In this document: in pieces, positions 52,848-64,000 of the stretch | Position numbering within the stretch: position 1 is the first letter of the stretch | How the letters are laid out: each line of letters opens with the position of its first letter | Assembly (NCBI GenBank): GCA_030390025.1 | Contig: CM059432.1 | Span: forward strand, 136,402,001 to 136,466,000 | Length of the DNA: 64,000 nt | Origin: Squalus acanthias | Taxonomy: Eukaryota | Direction: 5' to 3' | Made by a program: the position numbers and the translations under genes | Notes under the pieces: generated by a model | What the model was told of the DNA's origin: nothing | Databases searched by the model: none | The model's input: the letters and a program-made list of their open reading frames with translations, nothing else

Positions 52848-54082
52848 TTTTATTTGTTCATGGGATGTGGGATTCACTGGCAAGGCCAGCATTTATTGCC
52901 CATCCCTAATTGCCCTTGAGAAGGTGGTGGTGAGCCGTCTTCTTGAACCGCTACAGTCCGTGTGGTGAAGGTACTCCCACAATGCTGTTAGGGAGGGAGT
53001 TCCAGGATTTTGTCCCAGTGACAATGAAGGAACAGCGATATATTGGAGGTGGTGGTGTTCCCATGCGCCTGCTGCCCTTATCCTTCTAGGTGGAAGAGGT
53101 CGCGGGTTTGGGAGGTGCTGTCGAAGAAGCTTTGGCGAGTTGCTGCAGTGCATCTTGTAGATGGTACACACTGTAGCCACGGTGCGCTGGTGGTGGAGGG
53201 AGTGAATGTTTAAGGTGGTGGATGGGGTGCCAGTCAAGCGGGCTGCTTTGTCTTGGATGGTGTCGAGCTTCTTGAGTGTTGTTGGAGCTGCACTCATCCA
53301 GGCAAGTGGAGAGTATTCCATCACACTCCTGACTTGTGCCTTGTAGATGGTGGAAAGGTTTTGGGGAGTCAGGAGGTGAGACACTCACCGCAGAATACCC
53401 AGCCTCTGACCTGCTCTTGTTGCCACAGTATTTATGTGGCTGGTTCAGTTAAGTTTCTGGTCAATGCTGACCCCCAGGATATTGATGGTGGGGGATTCGG
53501 CGATGGTAATGCCAAGGGGCGGTGGTTAGACGCTCGCTTGTTGGAGATAGTCATTGCCTGGCACTTGTGTGGCGCGAATGTTACCTGCCACTTATCAGCC
53601 CAAGCTTGAATGTTGTCCAAGTCTTGCTGCATGTGGGCATGGATTGCTTCATTATCTGAGGAGTTGCGAATGGCACCGAACACTGTGCAGTCATCAACGA
53701 ACATCCCCACTTCTGACCTTATGATGGAAGGAAGGTCATTGATGAAGCAGCTGAAGATGGTTGGGCCTAGGACACTGCCCTGAGGAACTGGGGCTGTGAT
53801 GATTGACCTCCAACCATCACAACCATCTTCCTTTGTGCTAGCCAGTGGAGAGTTTTCCCCCTGATTCCCATTGACTTCAGTTTTACTAGGGCTCCTTGAT
53901 GCCACACTCGGTTAAATGCTGCCTTGATGTCAAGGGCAGTCACTCTCACCTCACCTCTGGAATTCAGCTTTTTTGTCCATGTTTGAATCAAGGCTGTAAT
54001 GAGATCTGGAGCTGAGTGGTGCTGGCGGAACCCAAACTGGGCATCAGTGAGCAGGTTATTGGTGAGTAAGTGCTACTTGATA
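52848..54082 (-). mobile_element. Second CR1-group LINE family, RT C-terminal part
   Basis: ALDIKAAFNRVWHQG, VPQGSVLGPTIFSCFINDL, MFVDD, IYKAQVRSVMEYSPLAW. Further fragments at ~12520-12640(-), 20345-20402(+), ~25925-26930(-), ~49030-49290(+). Confidence 0.88.
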
Positions 54083-54271
54083 GAACATGATTTTACAACA
54101 GCAAATTTGGTGGAATATGATCTCAAGTGCTGGAATGATAGAACATTGTATGATCATGAGCCATCTATAATAAGCGACCCTGGATAGCTCAGTCCATATA
54201 TCATCAGAACTTTACAAGAGGCAGTGATTTGAGGGTCCAGAGTTCAAGACCCTGTTCTGGTTTTATATTGT

Positions 54272-54288
54272 GTGTCAACCTTGGCTCA

Positions 54289-54319
<31 letters not shown>

Positions 54320-55352
54320 ATTGTGGGTTCAGGTCCCAATCCAGATGCTTGAGCACAAAATCTAGGCTGACATCCCAGTATAGTACTGAGGGAGTGCTGT
54401 GCTGTCAGAGATACAGGGCTGGATTTTCCCAGCCCTGAGGAGGCAGGTTTGGAGGCGGGACTGCTGGGAAAATGGGAAAAATTGGGAGCGGGTCCCAACC
54501 CCACTACCAACCCGCCTCCGAACCATCTTCCCAGGAGGCGGGTCCCCGACTCGCGCAGGGACCCATCTCCTAGCGGCGGGAAGGAGATTAGAGCCAATTA
54601 ATTGCCAGTTAACAGGCAGTTAAGAGGCTTTTCCCCATTTTCAGCCTGCTGATGCGGGCTTCCCAACGACGGGAAACCCCGCCAGGGTCAGCGAGGCGAG
54701 CTGTGGGTCTGCTGCAGTGTAAGTGTGCAAATGAAAGCTGCAGAGGTAGTGTGATGGGTGCAATTGTGCATAGGTAAGTATGACAGGTGAGAGAATGTAG
54801 TGAGAAATATGTTTATTCTGTTTACATGTATCTGCAGGTGACAAGATTTTATGTTTCTGTGAAGCCTCATCTGATTGAGAGAATTGACAGATGGCTTCTG
54901 CAATCTCACATGCAGCTGCCATCTGTTTTCTCCTAAGGAGAGAGTCATTTGTGAGCCTGGGTGCAAGGGCTCACCTTTGGACTGTGATTGTCAGTGTTTG
55001 ACAGCACCTCAATGCAAAATCCAGCCCACAGTCTTTCAGATGAGATGTTAAACTAAGGCCCCTACTGCCCTCTCAGGTGGATGTAAAAGATCCCCTGCTG
55101 CTATTTTGAAGAAGAGCAACGGAGTTCTCCCCAGTGTCTGTCTAACATTTATCCCTCAACCAACATCACTAAAACAGATTATCCGATCATTATCGCATTG
55201 TTATTTGTTGGCACTTGCTGTGTGCAAAATTGGCTGCCACGTTTCCTACATTACAACAGTGACTGCACTTCAAAAGTACTTCATTGGCTGTAAAGCGCTT
55301 TGGGGCGTCCTGAGGTTATGAAAGGCACTATATAGATGCAAGTCTTTCTTTT
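54272..55352 (+). mobile_element. DeuSINE copy interrupted by MITE 54416-55027
   Basis: Head 54272-54415; remainder 55028-55352. Confidence 0.85.
54416..55027. mobile_element. Harbinger-type MITE inserted in a DeuSINE
   Basis: Perfect 12-bp TIR GGGCTGGATTTT / AAAATCCAGCCC; ACA duplicated at 54413-54415 and 55028-55030. The first ~300 bp resemble 42776-43090. Confidence 0.88.
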
Positions 55353-55594
55353 ATAAGGATATTCTAACACTTCTTAAGCAGCTAACAAGCCACTTAACCA
55401 CTATAGATTATGAAAAGTTGATGAATTTAGATATTGAGAGCGCAGTATCTCTGTGTAGGGGCTGAGCTGCAAGTTGGTTAAAACCCATTGAATTGATTGG
55501 GCCTTGCAGAGCCTTGTCAACTGCATAATGGACACCTGGGTCATGAGGATGGCCCACAAGCATGCTATGGAAGCAACATTATGCTAAATAGTAG

Positions 55595-56175
55595 TTATGC
55601 TACAGCCATACAAAGCCCTGGTTAGACCACACCTGGAGTATTTTGAGCAGTTCTGGGCACCACACCTTAGGAAGGATATATTGGCCTTGGAGGGAGTGCA
55701 GCGTAGGTTTACCAAAATGATACCTGGACTCCAAGGGTTAAGTTATGAGAGATTACACAAACTAGGGTTGTATTCCCTGGAATTTAAAAGGTTAAGGGGT
55801 GATTTGATCGACGGTTACAAGATATTAAGAGGAACTGATATGGTAGATAGAGAGAAACTATTTCCGCTGGTTGAGGAATCAAGGACTTGGGGATATAGCC
55901 TAAAAATTAGAGCCAGACCTTTCGGAACTGAAGTTAGGAAACACTTCTACACGCAAAGGATGGTAGAAGTTTGGAACTCTCTTCCGCAAATGACAATTGA
56001 TGCTAGGTCAATTATTAATTTTAAATCTGAAATTGACAACTTTTTGTTAACCAAAGGTATTAAGGGATATGGGACAAAGGCGGGTATATGGAGTTAGGTC
56101 ACAGATCAGCCATGATCTCATTGAATGACAGAACATGCTCGAGGGGCTAAATGGCCCATTCCTGTTCCTATGTTC
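55595..56175 (+). mobile_element. CR1 LINE 3' fragment
   Basis: ORF 55597-56097, YKALVRPHLEY...FYTQRMVEVWNSLP. Confidence 0.9.
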
Positions 56176-57754
56176 AAATGATGCATTACTCAATGAGGAC
56201 TTGGAAGATGCCCAAAAAAAGGTGAATGACTCAACAATGGGCAGCAAGGTAAGACAACAATATTACTGCAAAGTACCAGCGCTCCACATGTAATGGGAAT
56301 TTTCTGACCACATTGAACACTTACTATATTCCTTTGTGTACGTTTCTAATTCAGCCATTATGCAAAACAGGTTAACGCCTGTGTTAAAAAATGTGCACTG
56401 AGAAACTTAAGAATAGGTGCGCATGAGTAACCCATGTACAGGGGGCAAGAGATTTTGGGGCGAAGTGGTTGTCCCTAAAGTGAATGAGAAATGCAATGTT
56501 CTGTATCTTCTGACCAGACAATGCTAAATGCTCAAGAGGTTTTGTGCTGCTGGGGAACACAGCCTGCATTAAGCCTTTGGAAATTATGAATATTTACACT
56601 ATGCTTCTAGCACCATTTCCAGAATTGCTGTCACTTGCTCCACAGTTACACTCTGCCTGCAGCTGAACCTCCCCACAGATGCTTCTCTGGAGAAATCGGA
56701 ATCCAGTAGTCATCAATCTCTCCATTTGGTCGCCCAAGGACTGCAGACCATTAGTGAATGACTCCATATTGGAAGCTCCTCAGTAGCCTCGAAGCCTTTC
56801 TGTCATGAGGGATGTTGGCAGATGTCCATTGATGAGAAGCCCTCAACTGCAGCCATGCACCGTGCATGGCATGAGATACAATGCAGAGCCTCCATGTGTG
56901 TGGTGTTTTGCTAACATCCTTCTCTTCATTGCAGGACCCTTAAGGTCATCGTCCATATGCTCTAGATCCAAGGGCTGACATTTCCTGAACCACCTCTCAG
57001 GAATTCCAGACATTTCTTCCACTGCTACATCCTCCGCTCCCTTGTGTTCTGTGACTCACCCAATGACAATCCCTCATCTATACTATCGAACTTACCTCAG
57101 ATCTGTCTCTGGGCTGGTGAGTGCTAGTGTTGGGGTGAACAACAGGGTGGGGGAATTTCCTGTTGCGGTGCCCGATGTAACAGGCTCTGGGTAAATTAAC
57201 CTCTGTCCAGTGTTTTTTTCTCTTGTGACTTCTATGGAAATAAAAACCAGGGCCGGAATTTTTCCGTTCCCGGGCGGGTCGGCAGTAAAAATCGGCATCA
57301 TCCTGCCGACTTCCGCATTTAACTTGGGCGCGTTTCCCAGCGTGCCACGGACCCAATCGGCAGAGACAGGCGACCTCATTCAAGTAATTAAATGCTTGTT
57401 GAGAGACCCTTAAGAGGGTTTTCAACAGCAGCTTTTGGCTTAACTTCAGGAGCACGGGTATCACGCACCTCAGGAACCTCACCTGTGAAGGAGAGGCAGA
57501 AGCTCAGTGGCCATTGTGCGAGTGCATTAATTGAGAGCTGGGAAAAACACATAAATACTCCCGCATTATACCTGCTTCCTTGCCTGAGGGAAAGGCTCTT
57601 GCTGACTCCAGGTTGTGCACAGATTTAGCTGTCAGCAGTTTGCAGGTTATTTCTGCAACCTCGGAAGCCACTCTCACCACATTGTTAGTCACTATCAGTA
57701 CATTGGAGGATTGGGCTTCTGATCTCCACTTTACCTGCCTTCTATTACATCAGC

Positions 57755-58954
57755 ATGGGTGCCGCTTATGCTGTATCACCTTGGACCTCAGAATTGGACC
57801 AAGATGAGCCCCAGCACCAACAACACCAGCCGCACCAGCAGCAGCAACAACAACAGCAGCCTTCTCCTCAACGACCTGATGCTCCACAGGAGAGAGAGGA
57901 TCAGCACAGGGCTGCACCACGCTGGAGGGTGTACAGGCAGCAGATGAGCTTCCTCGTCATGACCGAGCGGCAGTGCTTCAGGAGGCTCAGGCTATCGTGC
58001 CAGGTCATCGCAGACATTTGTAGCTTGCTGGAACAAGTGCTGCTGCCTAAAGAACCTGGTGGACACGCCTTACCAGTAACTGTCAAAGTCACCACCACCC
58101 TTAACTTCTTCACCTCAGGCTCCTTCCAGGGATCTGCAGCAGACGTTTGTGGGATCTCACAGTCGGCTGCCCACAGAGGCATCACCCAGGTGACCGATGC
58201 CATGTTTGACAAGTCAGCCAATGATGTGCACTTTGCCACTGATGAAGCCAGTGTTACTGTGCAGGCTCGCGGCTTTGCGGCTCTGGCTGGCTTCCCACAG
58301 GTGCAGGGCGTCATCGACTGCACACATGTGGCCATCAAGGCACCCCCTCATCACCCAGGAGTGTTTGTGAACCGCAAGGGCTTCCACTCCCTCAATGTGC
58401 AGCTCGTCTGCAACCATAAAAAGATCATCATACATGTGTGCGCCAGATTCCCTGGCAGCTGTCATGACTCTTTCGTGCTGTGCCAGTCCACCCTCCCTCA
58501 GCTCTTCGTACCTCCAAACACACTTACCAGCTGGCTGCTTGGAGACAAGGGCTATCCACTGCAGACGTGGCTCATGACACCCCTGAGGAGGCCAAGTACT
58601 GAGGTCTAGGAGCGTTATAATGAGAGCCACATGTCCACCAGATGTGTCATAGAGTAACCAATAGGCATGCTGAAGATGCACTTCAGATGCCTTGACAGAT
58701 TTGGAGGAGCCCTTCAGTACGCACCAGCCAGAGTCTCCAGAATCATCATCGTTTGCTGCGCGCTGCACAACATAGCGCAGCAGCGAGGATTGGAGCTGCA
58801 GGAGGAGCAAGGCGCAGAGCACACAGCCTCTTCAGAGGAGGAGGAGGAGGAGGACGAGCAGGTGGAGGAGGAGGAGGAGGAGGAGGAATTTGAGGTGAAG
58901 ATGGCACCAGCAGCGGTGCATATTGCTGCCTGGGAGGCTGGGATGGCCTCATAA
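57755..58954 (+). pseudogene. Harbinger (HARBI1-like) DDE transposase, ~399 codons, two in-frame stops
   Basis: ORFs 57755-58609 and 58667-58954 share one frame, separated by TAG (58607) and TAA (58655). Motifs [59 protein letters not shown]-terminal poly-Q and C-terminal poly-E. Confidence 0.93.
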
Positions 58955-59246
58955 TAGCTAAATTTACTTAACTTGCTCCAATGCACCCATACGGCTGACA
59001 TATGCTGTAATAAGTTCCACCATCCCCCAACAACACCATAAAGCATCCCTACAATGACCAAGCCATTCCTCTCACCCAAACTCCCATTGCTCAAGGTTAA
59101 GTAATGTCTCACCATTCACTCCAAGTGACAAAGCTACTACCAAGGTAGCAGGCAAAAATGGACAAGACCCAAAAGTGGTGTCATAAAAATAACTGAAACT
59201 TAACACTAACATTTGTTCATACACCCATGTGCTTACCCTTGTGCAT

Positions 59247-61092
59247 CTAGTATTGTATCTTTTTTCTTTTCCGCATGCTTCTATGAGGTGCAACCCCTGT
59301 GGCTTCAGCAGAGGTAGAGGCAGCCTGCTCACTTCCCTGCTGCGACTGGTTAGACACTTTTGGTGGACGTCCTCTGGGTTTTGGAGCCTGTGAGGGCCCC
59401 GCCAAAGTCTGCTCCTCCTGCGACTGTGCAGGGGCAGACTCAGCCATCGGGATCTGAGGAAGCATGTGGGGCTCTGACTGAGGGGGAGGCAATGGGGGAG
59501 AGGTGTGAGCGCTTTGAGAAGAGCCCCCACTTCCATGTCCCCTCTCATCATCATCCCTCTCATAGGCCACCCACACTTCCCTGCTAGCAAGGAACTGGCG
59601 AGCACCTTGCTGCATGAGGCCCCAAGTCTATGTTTATCTCCCTCCTAAGGATGAGGTCTATGAGCGTCTGCCATCTGTTGTCCACAGCTAGCATGTGCTC
59701 ATGTGACTGCCGCATTTGCTGCAGGTGGCCATCTTTTCCATGGAATAGCACATCGTCGCCATCGCCTGTGACATGGTGGTGCTCATGTTGGAGGTGGACT
59801 CCTCCATTCTCTGCACATTTGCAGACACCGCGGCTCCAAAAGCTGCCAGAGCCTCATGCATTTGTTGCTGCCCCTCCAAGATCACCCACTTTCTCGATGG
59901 CCCCCGCGGCTCAGCATCTGCATGCAGCTCAACAAAGCTTGGAGCGTCCTGTGCCCTCCAGAAAGGAATCTCCACTGCTGTCCCTGTCTCCACCATCTGC
60001 TGTTGCTCACTTGTGAAGTGTGAGACACCAGGTGATAACACTACTCTATGTCTCACAGGACCCACCGAGGTGGGGGTATCTGCGCTGGTGCTGGCTGCGC
60101 TTGGGTCTGCTGAAGGTGGACCCTCAGAGGCTGGAGCTTCCTCTGAGGAGTCATCTTCCTCCTCTGGCTGGACAGTTGAGGGGGCACTTGATGGACCTGT
60201 GGGAGAGTAAAGAGATGATTTAGAAGTGTTATATTAAGAATGGGTAACATTACCATTATCCACATGATGACATTTCACTGGTTGCTGACATCAGTCACCA
60301 TATGAGTGACTGCTGTATGCTATGTGGCTGTATGAGATGTAATTCTGTCACTAGGTTGCTGGGATGTCCCCCTCTCTCTCTCCCACCGCCAGCAGCTCTG
60401 CAACTCGTGATGTCTCTAGGGCCTCCTCCTCTGCTGGAGTCAATTGAGTGAATATTGGAGGGCCATCTCCGGTTCTCTGCCTCTCCCTACCGTTCTGGGC
60501 TCTCTTCTCCTGCAAGGAGAGAAAGAAGAGAATTTTGAGTGAGAGTGATGGAATGAGTGTAAAGAATGGATGGGTTACATCTGTAGAGGGTGACTATGAG
60601 GGAATGGCGTGACATTGCCAAATGGCCTCCTTTTGTGGTCTTACTTGCTATGATTGCAATAGGATGAGGGTGAGTGTGAGGGGTGGTTAGTCAGTTGGGG
60701 ATGTGAGTATGTACATAGAGAGGGATGGGCGGACGTGCAAGGTAGGTTGGTGTGAGGAATGATGTGCAGGAGTAGGCTTGGGAAGGCAGAGTGATGGGGA
60801 TGTGTTGACAGGCACAACATCAGGATGAGGGTGAGTGTGGCATTGCACTCACCTTTCCTGACCTCATGAGATCATTGAATCTTTTCCTGCACTGGATCCA
60901 CGTCCACCTGACAACATCCCTGCTGCTGACCTCCTCTGCAATCTCCACCCATGCCCTTTTGGTGTCTTTGGGTGGTCTTTTGCGCCTATCAGCAGGGAAG
61001 AGGACCTCCCTGCGTGCTCTCACTGCCTGCACAAGAACATGGAGGGATGCATTGCTAAATCTTGGTGCGGCCCTCTGCCTTTGTGTATCCAT
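59247..61092 (-). pseudogene. Harbinger ORF2 Myb/SANT-like DNA-binding protein (NAIF1-like), three exons, disrupted
   Basis: Exon 1 61092-60853 (MDTQRQRAAPRFS...W.EIAEEVS...QCRKRFNDLMRSGK, donor AAG|GTGAGT). Exon 2 starts at 60509 after a pyrimidine tract and TTGCAG (EKRAQNGRERQRTGDGPP...LTPAEEEALE). Exon 3 starts at 60196 after CCCACAG and ends ...PKPRGRPPK...RKRKKIQY*. Probable indel near 60365-60385 and a frame disruption around 59620-59725. Confidence 0.85.
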
Positions 61093-62159
61093 TACCCACA
61101 CTTTTATCAGCTTTGTAACAGCAGTCAGACCTCTGGAAATTACCTCTCACATTCCTTCATCAACCTTCAAATGAGATGTGTACAAAGCTGCTTTAAATAT
61201 CGGCGCTGGAAACGAGTCATCAATGACGTCATCAGACCCGCTCCATTTAATTGGACTGGGAAACGCGCATGACTGGTTTAATTGGGCCATTAAGTAAAAG
61301 TCGCCCTGAACAACACACTGCTCACAACATCGCGTTCCCGACTCGCTACGCGCCCCGCACGCTCAAAATCCAACTCCAAGGTAAAGATTCCGGTCCAGGT
61401 GTATTGGCCAATATTTATCCCTCAACCAACATCACTAAAACAGATTATCTGGTCATTATCACAACGCTGTTTGTAAGAGCTTGCTGTGTGCAAATTGTCT
61501 GCCATGTTTCCTACATTACAACAGTGACTACACTTAAAAAAAAAGTACTTCATTGGCTGTAAAGTGCTTTGGGACATCCTGAGGCCGTGAAAGGTGTTAT
61601 ATAAATGTAAGTCTTTTTTTCCTTAAAAAGAACCATTAAGAACTTTAGGTATGTAAGGTATTGCCTCTACTTTTCTGCTCCTTTAGTGGTCTCCAAACAT
61701 TAATAACTACAAATGCGATGCACACGGAAGTCTTTCTTTAATTACAAAGATATTCTACTGGTTGGAATGAACCCAATGTGGCTACACAGCCTTCTATTTC
61801 TCCAACTGTTATTGCTTGAGAGGAGCTGGTGCCCTGTATCTCCATTGCCTCTTCCTCCGGTTGTTTTAACACTTGGGTGTCTGGTGGTCTTCCACCTCTT
61901 GCCTGATGGTCCTTGAATTGTGAGCTATTTTTCTCCTGCATGAAGATGGGATGGCTTTAATGGTCTGTAACATTCTTTAACACTTACCTTTTCCATCTTC
62001 ATCACCTATCAACTCCTGAAAGGGGATATTAACAGATGTGTGAGAATTTTGACCTGAAAAGGTGATGTTTCACAAGGCAGGCATGGATACGTGTGAGAGA
62101 AAGCAATCACAGAGGGGTCGAGTGAGAGAGTAACTGCATCTGAGAACTCCTTGCTCACT

Positions 62160-62622
62160 GTGTCAGCCGTGGCTCAGTGGGTAGCACACTCGTCTCTGAG
62201 TCAGAAGGTTGTGGGTTCTAAGTCCCACTCCAGAGACTTGCGCACAAAAATCGAGGCTGACACTCCAGTGCAGTACTGAGGGAGTGCTGCACTGTCAGAT
62301 GTGCTGTCTTTTGGATGCGATGTTAAACTGAGCTGCTCTCTCAGGTGGATGTAAAAGATCCCAGGGCACTATTTTGAAGAAGAGCAGGGGAGTTATCCCC
62401 GGTGTCCTGGCCAATATTTATCCCTCATCCAACATCACGAAAACAGATTATCTGGTCATTTTCACATTGCTGATTGTGGGAGCTTGCTGTGCACAAATTG
62501 GCTGCTGCGTTTTCTACATTGCAACAGTGACTACACTTCAAAAAGTGCTTCATTGGCTGTAAAGCGCTTTGGGTCATCCAGTGGTCGTGACAGGCGCTAT
62601 ATAAATGCAAGTCTTTCTTTCT
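62160..62622 (+). mobile_element. DeuSINE copy; partial copies at ~61399-61620, ~24440-24635(-), ~13597-13692, ~6478-6585, ~45780-45865
   Basis: Collinear with 35523-35995. Confidence 0.85.
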
Positions 62623-63240
62623 ATCTTTTCTTTCTGTGACACTCCATAGAGTAATGCAAGAATATTAATCGCATGCAGTGGTTCTGCGGCACAACATAGT
62701 TGCCATAGCACCTACCTTCCCAGCCTTGGGAGATCTTTGAACTTTTCCTGCATTTCAGGTTCCACTTCCTGCCAGTGCCACTTTCTTCCAAATTGCTCAA
62801 GGAGTGCAGTTTGCAGATTTTCCCCTTCCTACCTCAAAAAGTGCATCTCTCTGCTGCCTTTTCTCACGTAACAGAAGCTCCAACTCAGTCTCTGTAAGAC
62901 TTGCAGCTCTTCATTTCCTCCGATTTGCTCATGCAGTCTCTACTTCTTGCTTACTGACCTTGCCCCTTAAGAGTGCAGGGTGCCTTGGATAGTCTTGGAT
63001 CTTGATGGTCCTTCTTTTGTGACCTAGGACCTCCTTGGCGCTCTTCCGCCGTTGATGGTCCTCTTCCTCATCCAGCATAATGCTGATGCAACCCATACTG
63101 CTCTATGGAAAGAAACATGTGCTGATCTGCTGTGCGCTGTATCTCTTCCAACTCCCTCCAATGCCTTATAATGGGCATCATTAACGCACAGGGGCTGGAT
63201 GGCAAGCATGAATAAATTTGCATGCTGACCATTAATAGGA

Positions 63241-63431
63241 AGCATTTACCAAGCCAAAAATCCATTAATCGAAGACTGTGTTTTAACATGCATCGTTCTA
63301 GATTACCATGCAGAGGAATTTTAGGACAAAAATTAGTAATGGTCCCTTCCTAAAATTCCTCCTGACAGTAATCCAGTGTAATGCATATTAAAACAGTCTT
63401 GAATTAATAGTTTTTTGGCTTGTTAAGTACT
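63241..63431. repeat. Imperfect long hairpin (~85-bp arms, ~21-nt loop)
   Basis: GAGGAATTTTAGGA (63313-63326) pairs with TCCTAAAATTCCTC (63348-63361); outer CAAGCCAAAAA pairs with TTTTTGGCTTG. Confidence 0.8.
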
Positions 63432-64000
63432 AACGCATCAACTTGCTACATATTGGCCCAGATATTCTGATCCCTATGGGTGGGTACGTGCTGTGTACCC
63501 ACCCGTAGAGACATCGGAAATGCCGGTTTCAGGTATGCACAGCACATGTGCTGGAAACCGGCATTTCCGATCTGTCAAGAATGCTCTTGACAGATCAGTT
63601 GCCTGCCCTAGAGAAGGGTCTCTGCGGGCGGATAGTTCCGCTTTCTGGAGCCCCTCCGCCCGCAGAAAATCTTTAGAATTCTTACGCCTGGTAAAATTCT
63701 TATGCCTTACGCCTGCTTTTACCAGGATAAGAGTTGAAAAAAAGTTAAAAAAAAATAAAAAATTTTCAGTCATTTCATTTATCATTTAAAAATACTTTAA
63801 AAAAAGGTAAGTTTATTTTTAGCCCCGTAAAAAACTTTAATTATTTTTTTCAAAATTTTTATTTTTGTTTAAAATATTTAATTAACTGTAATTTCAACTA
63901 ATTTTAAAAATGTGATTTTAAAAAAAAATGTATTTAAAGTTTTACTATGTTTTTTCATTGATCTCCATTCATATATTTGACAGGTCTTTGATTGGCTCCC

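Larger units (their letters stand above)
57251..61395 (+). mobile_element. Full-length PIF/Harbinger DNA transposon (transposase plus convergent Myb/SANT gene)
   Basis: Left end GGCCGGAATTTTTCC (57251); right end reverse complement GACCGGAATCTTTAC (ends 61395). CAG is duplicated at 57248-57250 and 61396-61398. Contains a DDE transposase on + and a Myb/SANT-like gene on -. Confidence 0.93.
56600..62932 (-). pseudogene. Older decayed Harbinger Myb/SANT gene, interrupted by the 57251-61395 element and two SINEs
   Basis: Exon 1 ~62932-62716 (RAASLTETELELLLREKRQQRDALF...WKKVA...KDLPRLGR, donor GTAGGT). Exon 2 from 61935 (EK...GGRPPDTQVLKQPEEEAMEI...VGEIEG) aligns by eye to exon 2 of the young element. 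Putative exon-3 acceptor TTTCCATAG at ~57232 with degraded sequence to ~56600. Confidence 0.65.

Noticed and set aside
58214..58822. 202-aa minus-strand ORF
   Set aside because: Antisense shadow of the transposase.
57755..58954. Host HARBI1 gene
   Set aside because: It lies between TIRs with a TSD and a Myb partner and has nonsense codons, so it is a transposon copy rather than the domesticated gene.
62990..63240. Possible transposase remnant of the older Harbinger
   Set aside because: Only a vague resemblance; no catalytic motif recognisable.
1..64000. CRISPR array, operon or prokaryotic defence system
   Set aside because: No regularly spaced repeats or gene-dense structure; the window is vertebrate repeat-rich DNA.

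Overview
Eukaryotic, repeat-dense, apparently non-genic DNA. The repeat repertoire (CR1 and L2 LINE 3' ends, SacSINE1-like DeuSINEs, Penelope-like elements, many PIF/Harbinger elements) points to a cartilaginous fish (inference). I found no convincing host protein-coding exon, rRNA, tRNA gene or CRISPR array. The main structure is a complete 4.1-kb two-gene Harbinger transposon (57251-61395). It has TIRs, a CAG target-site duplication, a HARBI1-type DDE transposase with only two nonsense codons, and a convergent spliced Myb/SANT gene with an AT-hook motif. It sits inside intron 2 of an older, decayed Harbinger Myb gene. Other notable items: Harbinger deletion derivatives and MITEs, Penelope-associated minimal hammerhead ribozymes, a 1470-bp TG...CA solo-LTR-like insert with a 6-bp TSD, a near-perfect 187-bp inverted repeat, four short inverted locally templated copies at retroelement ends, and several AT-rich stretches resembling conserved non-coding enhancers. 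All coordinates and alignments were read by eye; repeat boundaries without a stated TSD are approximate.
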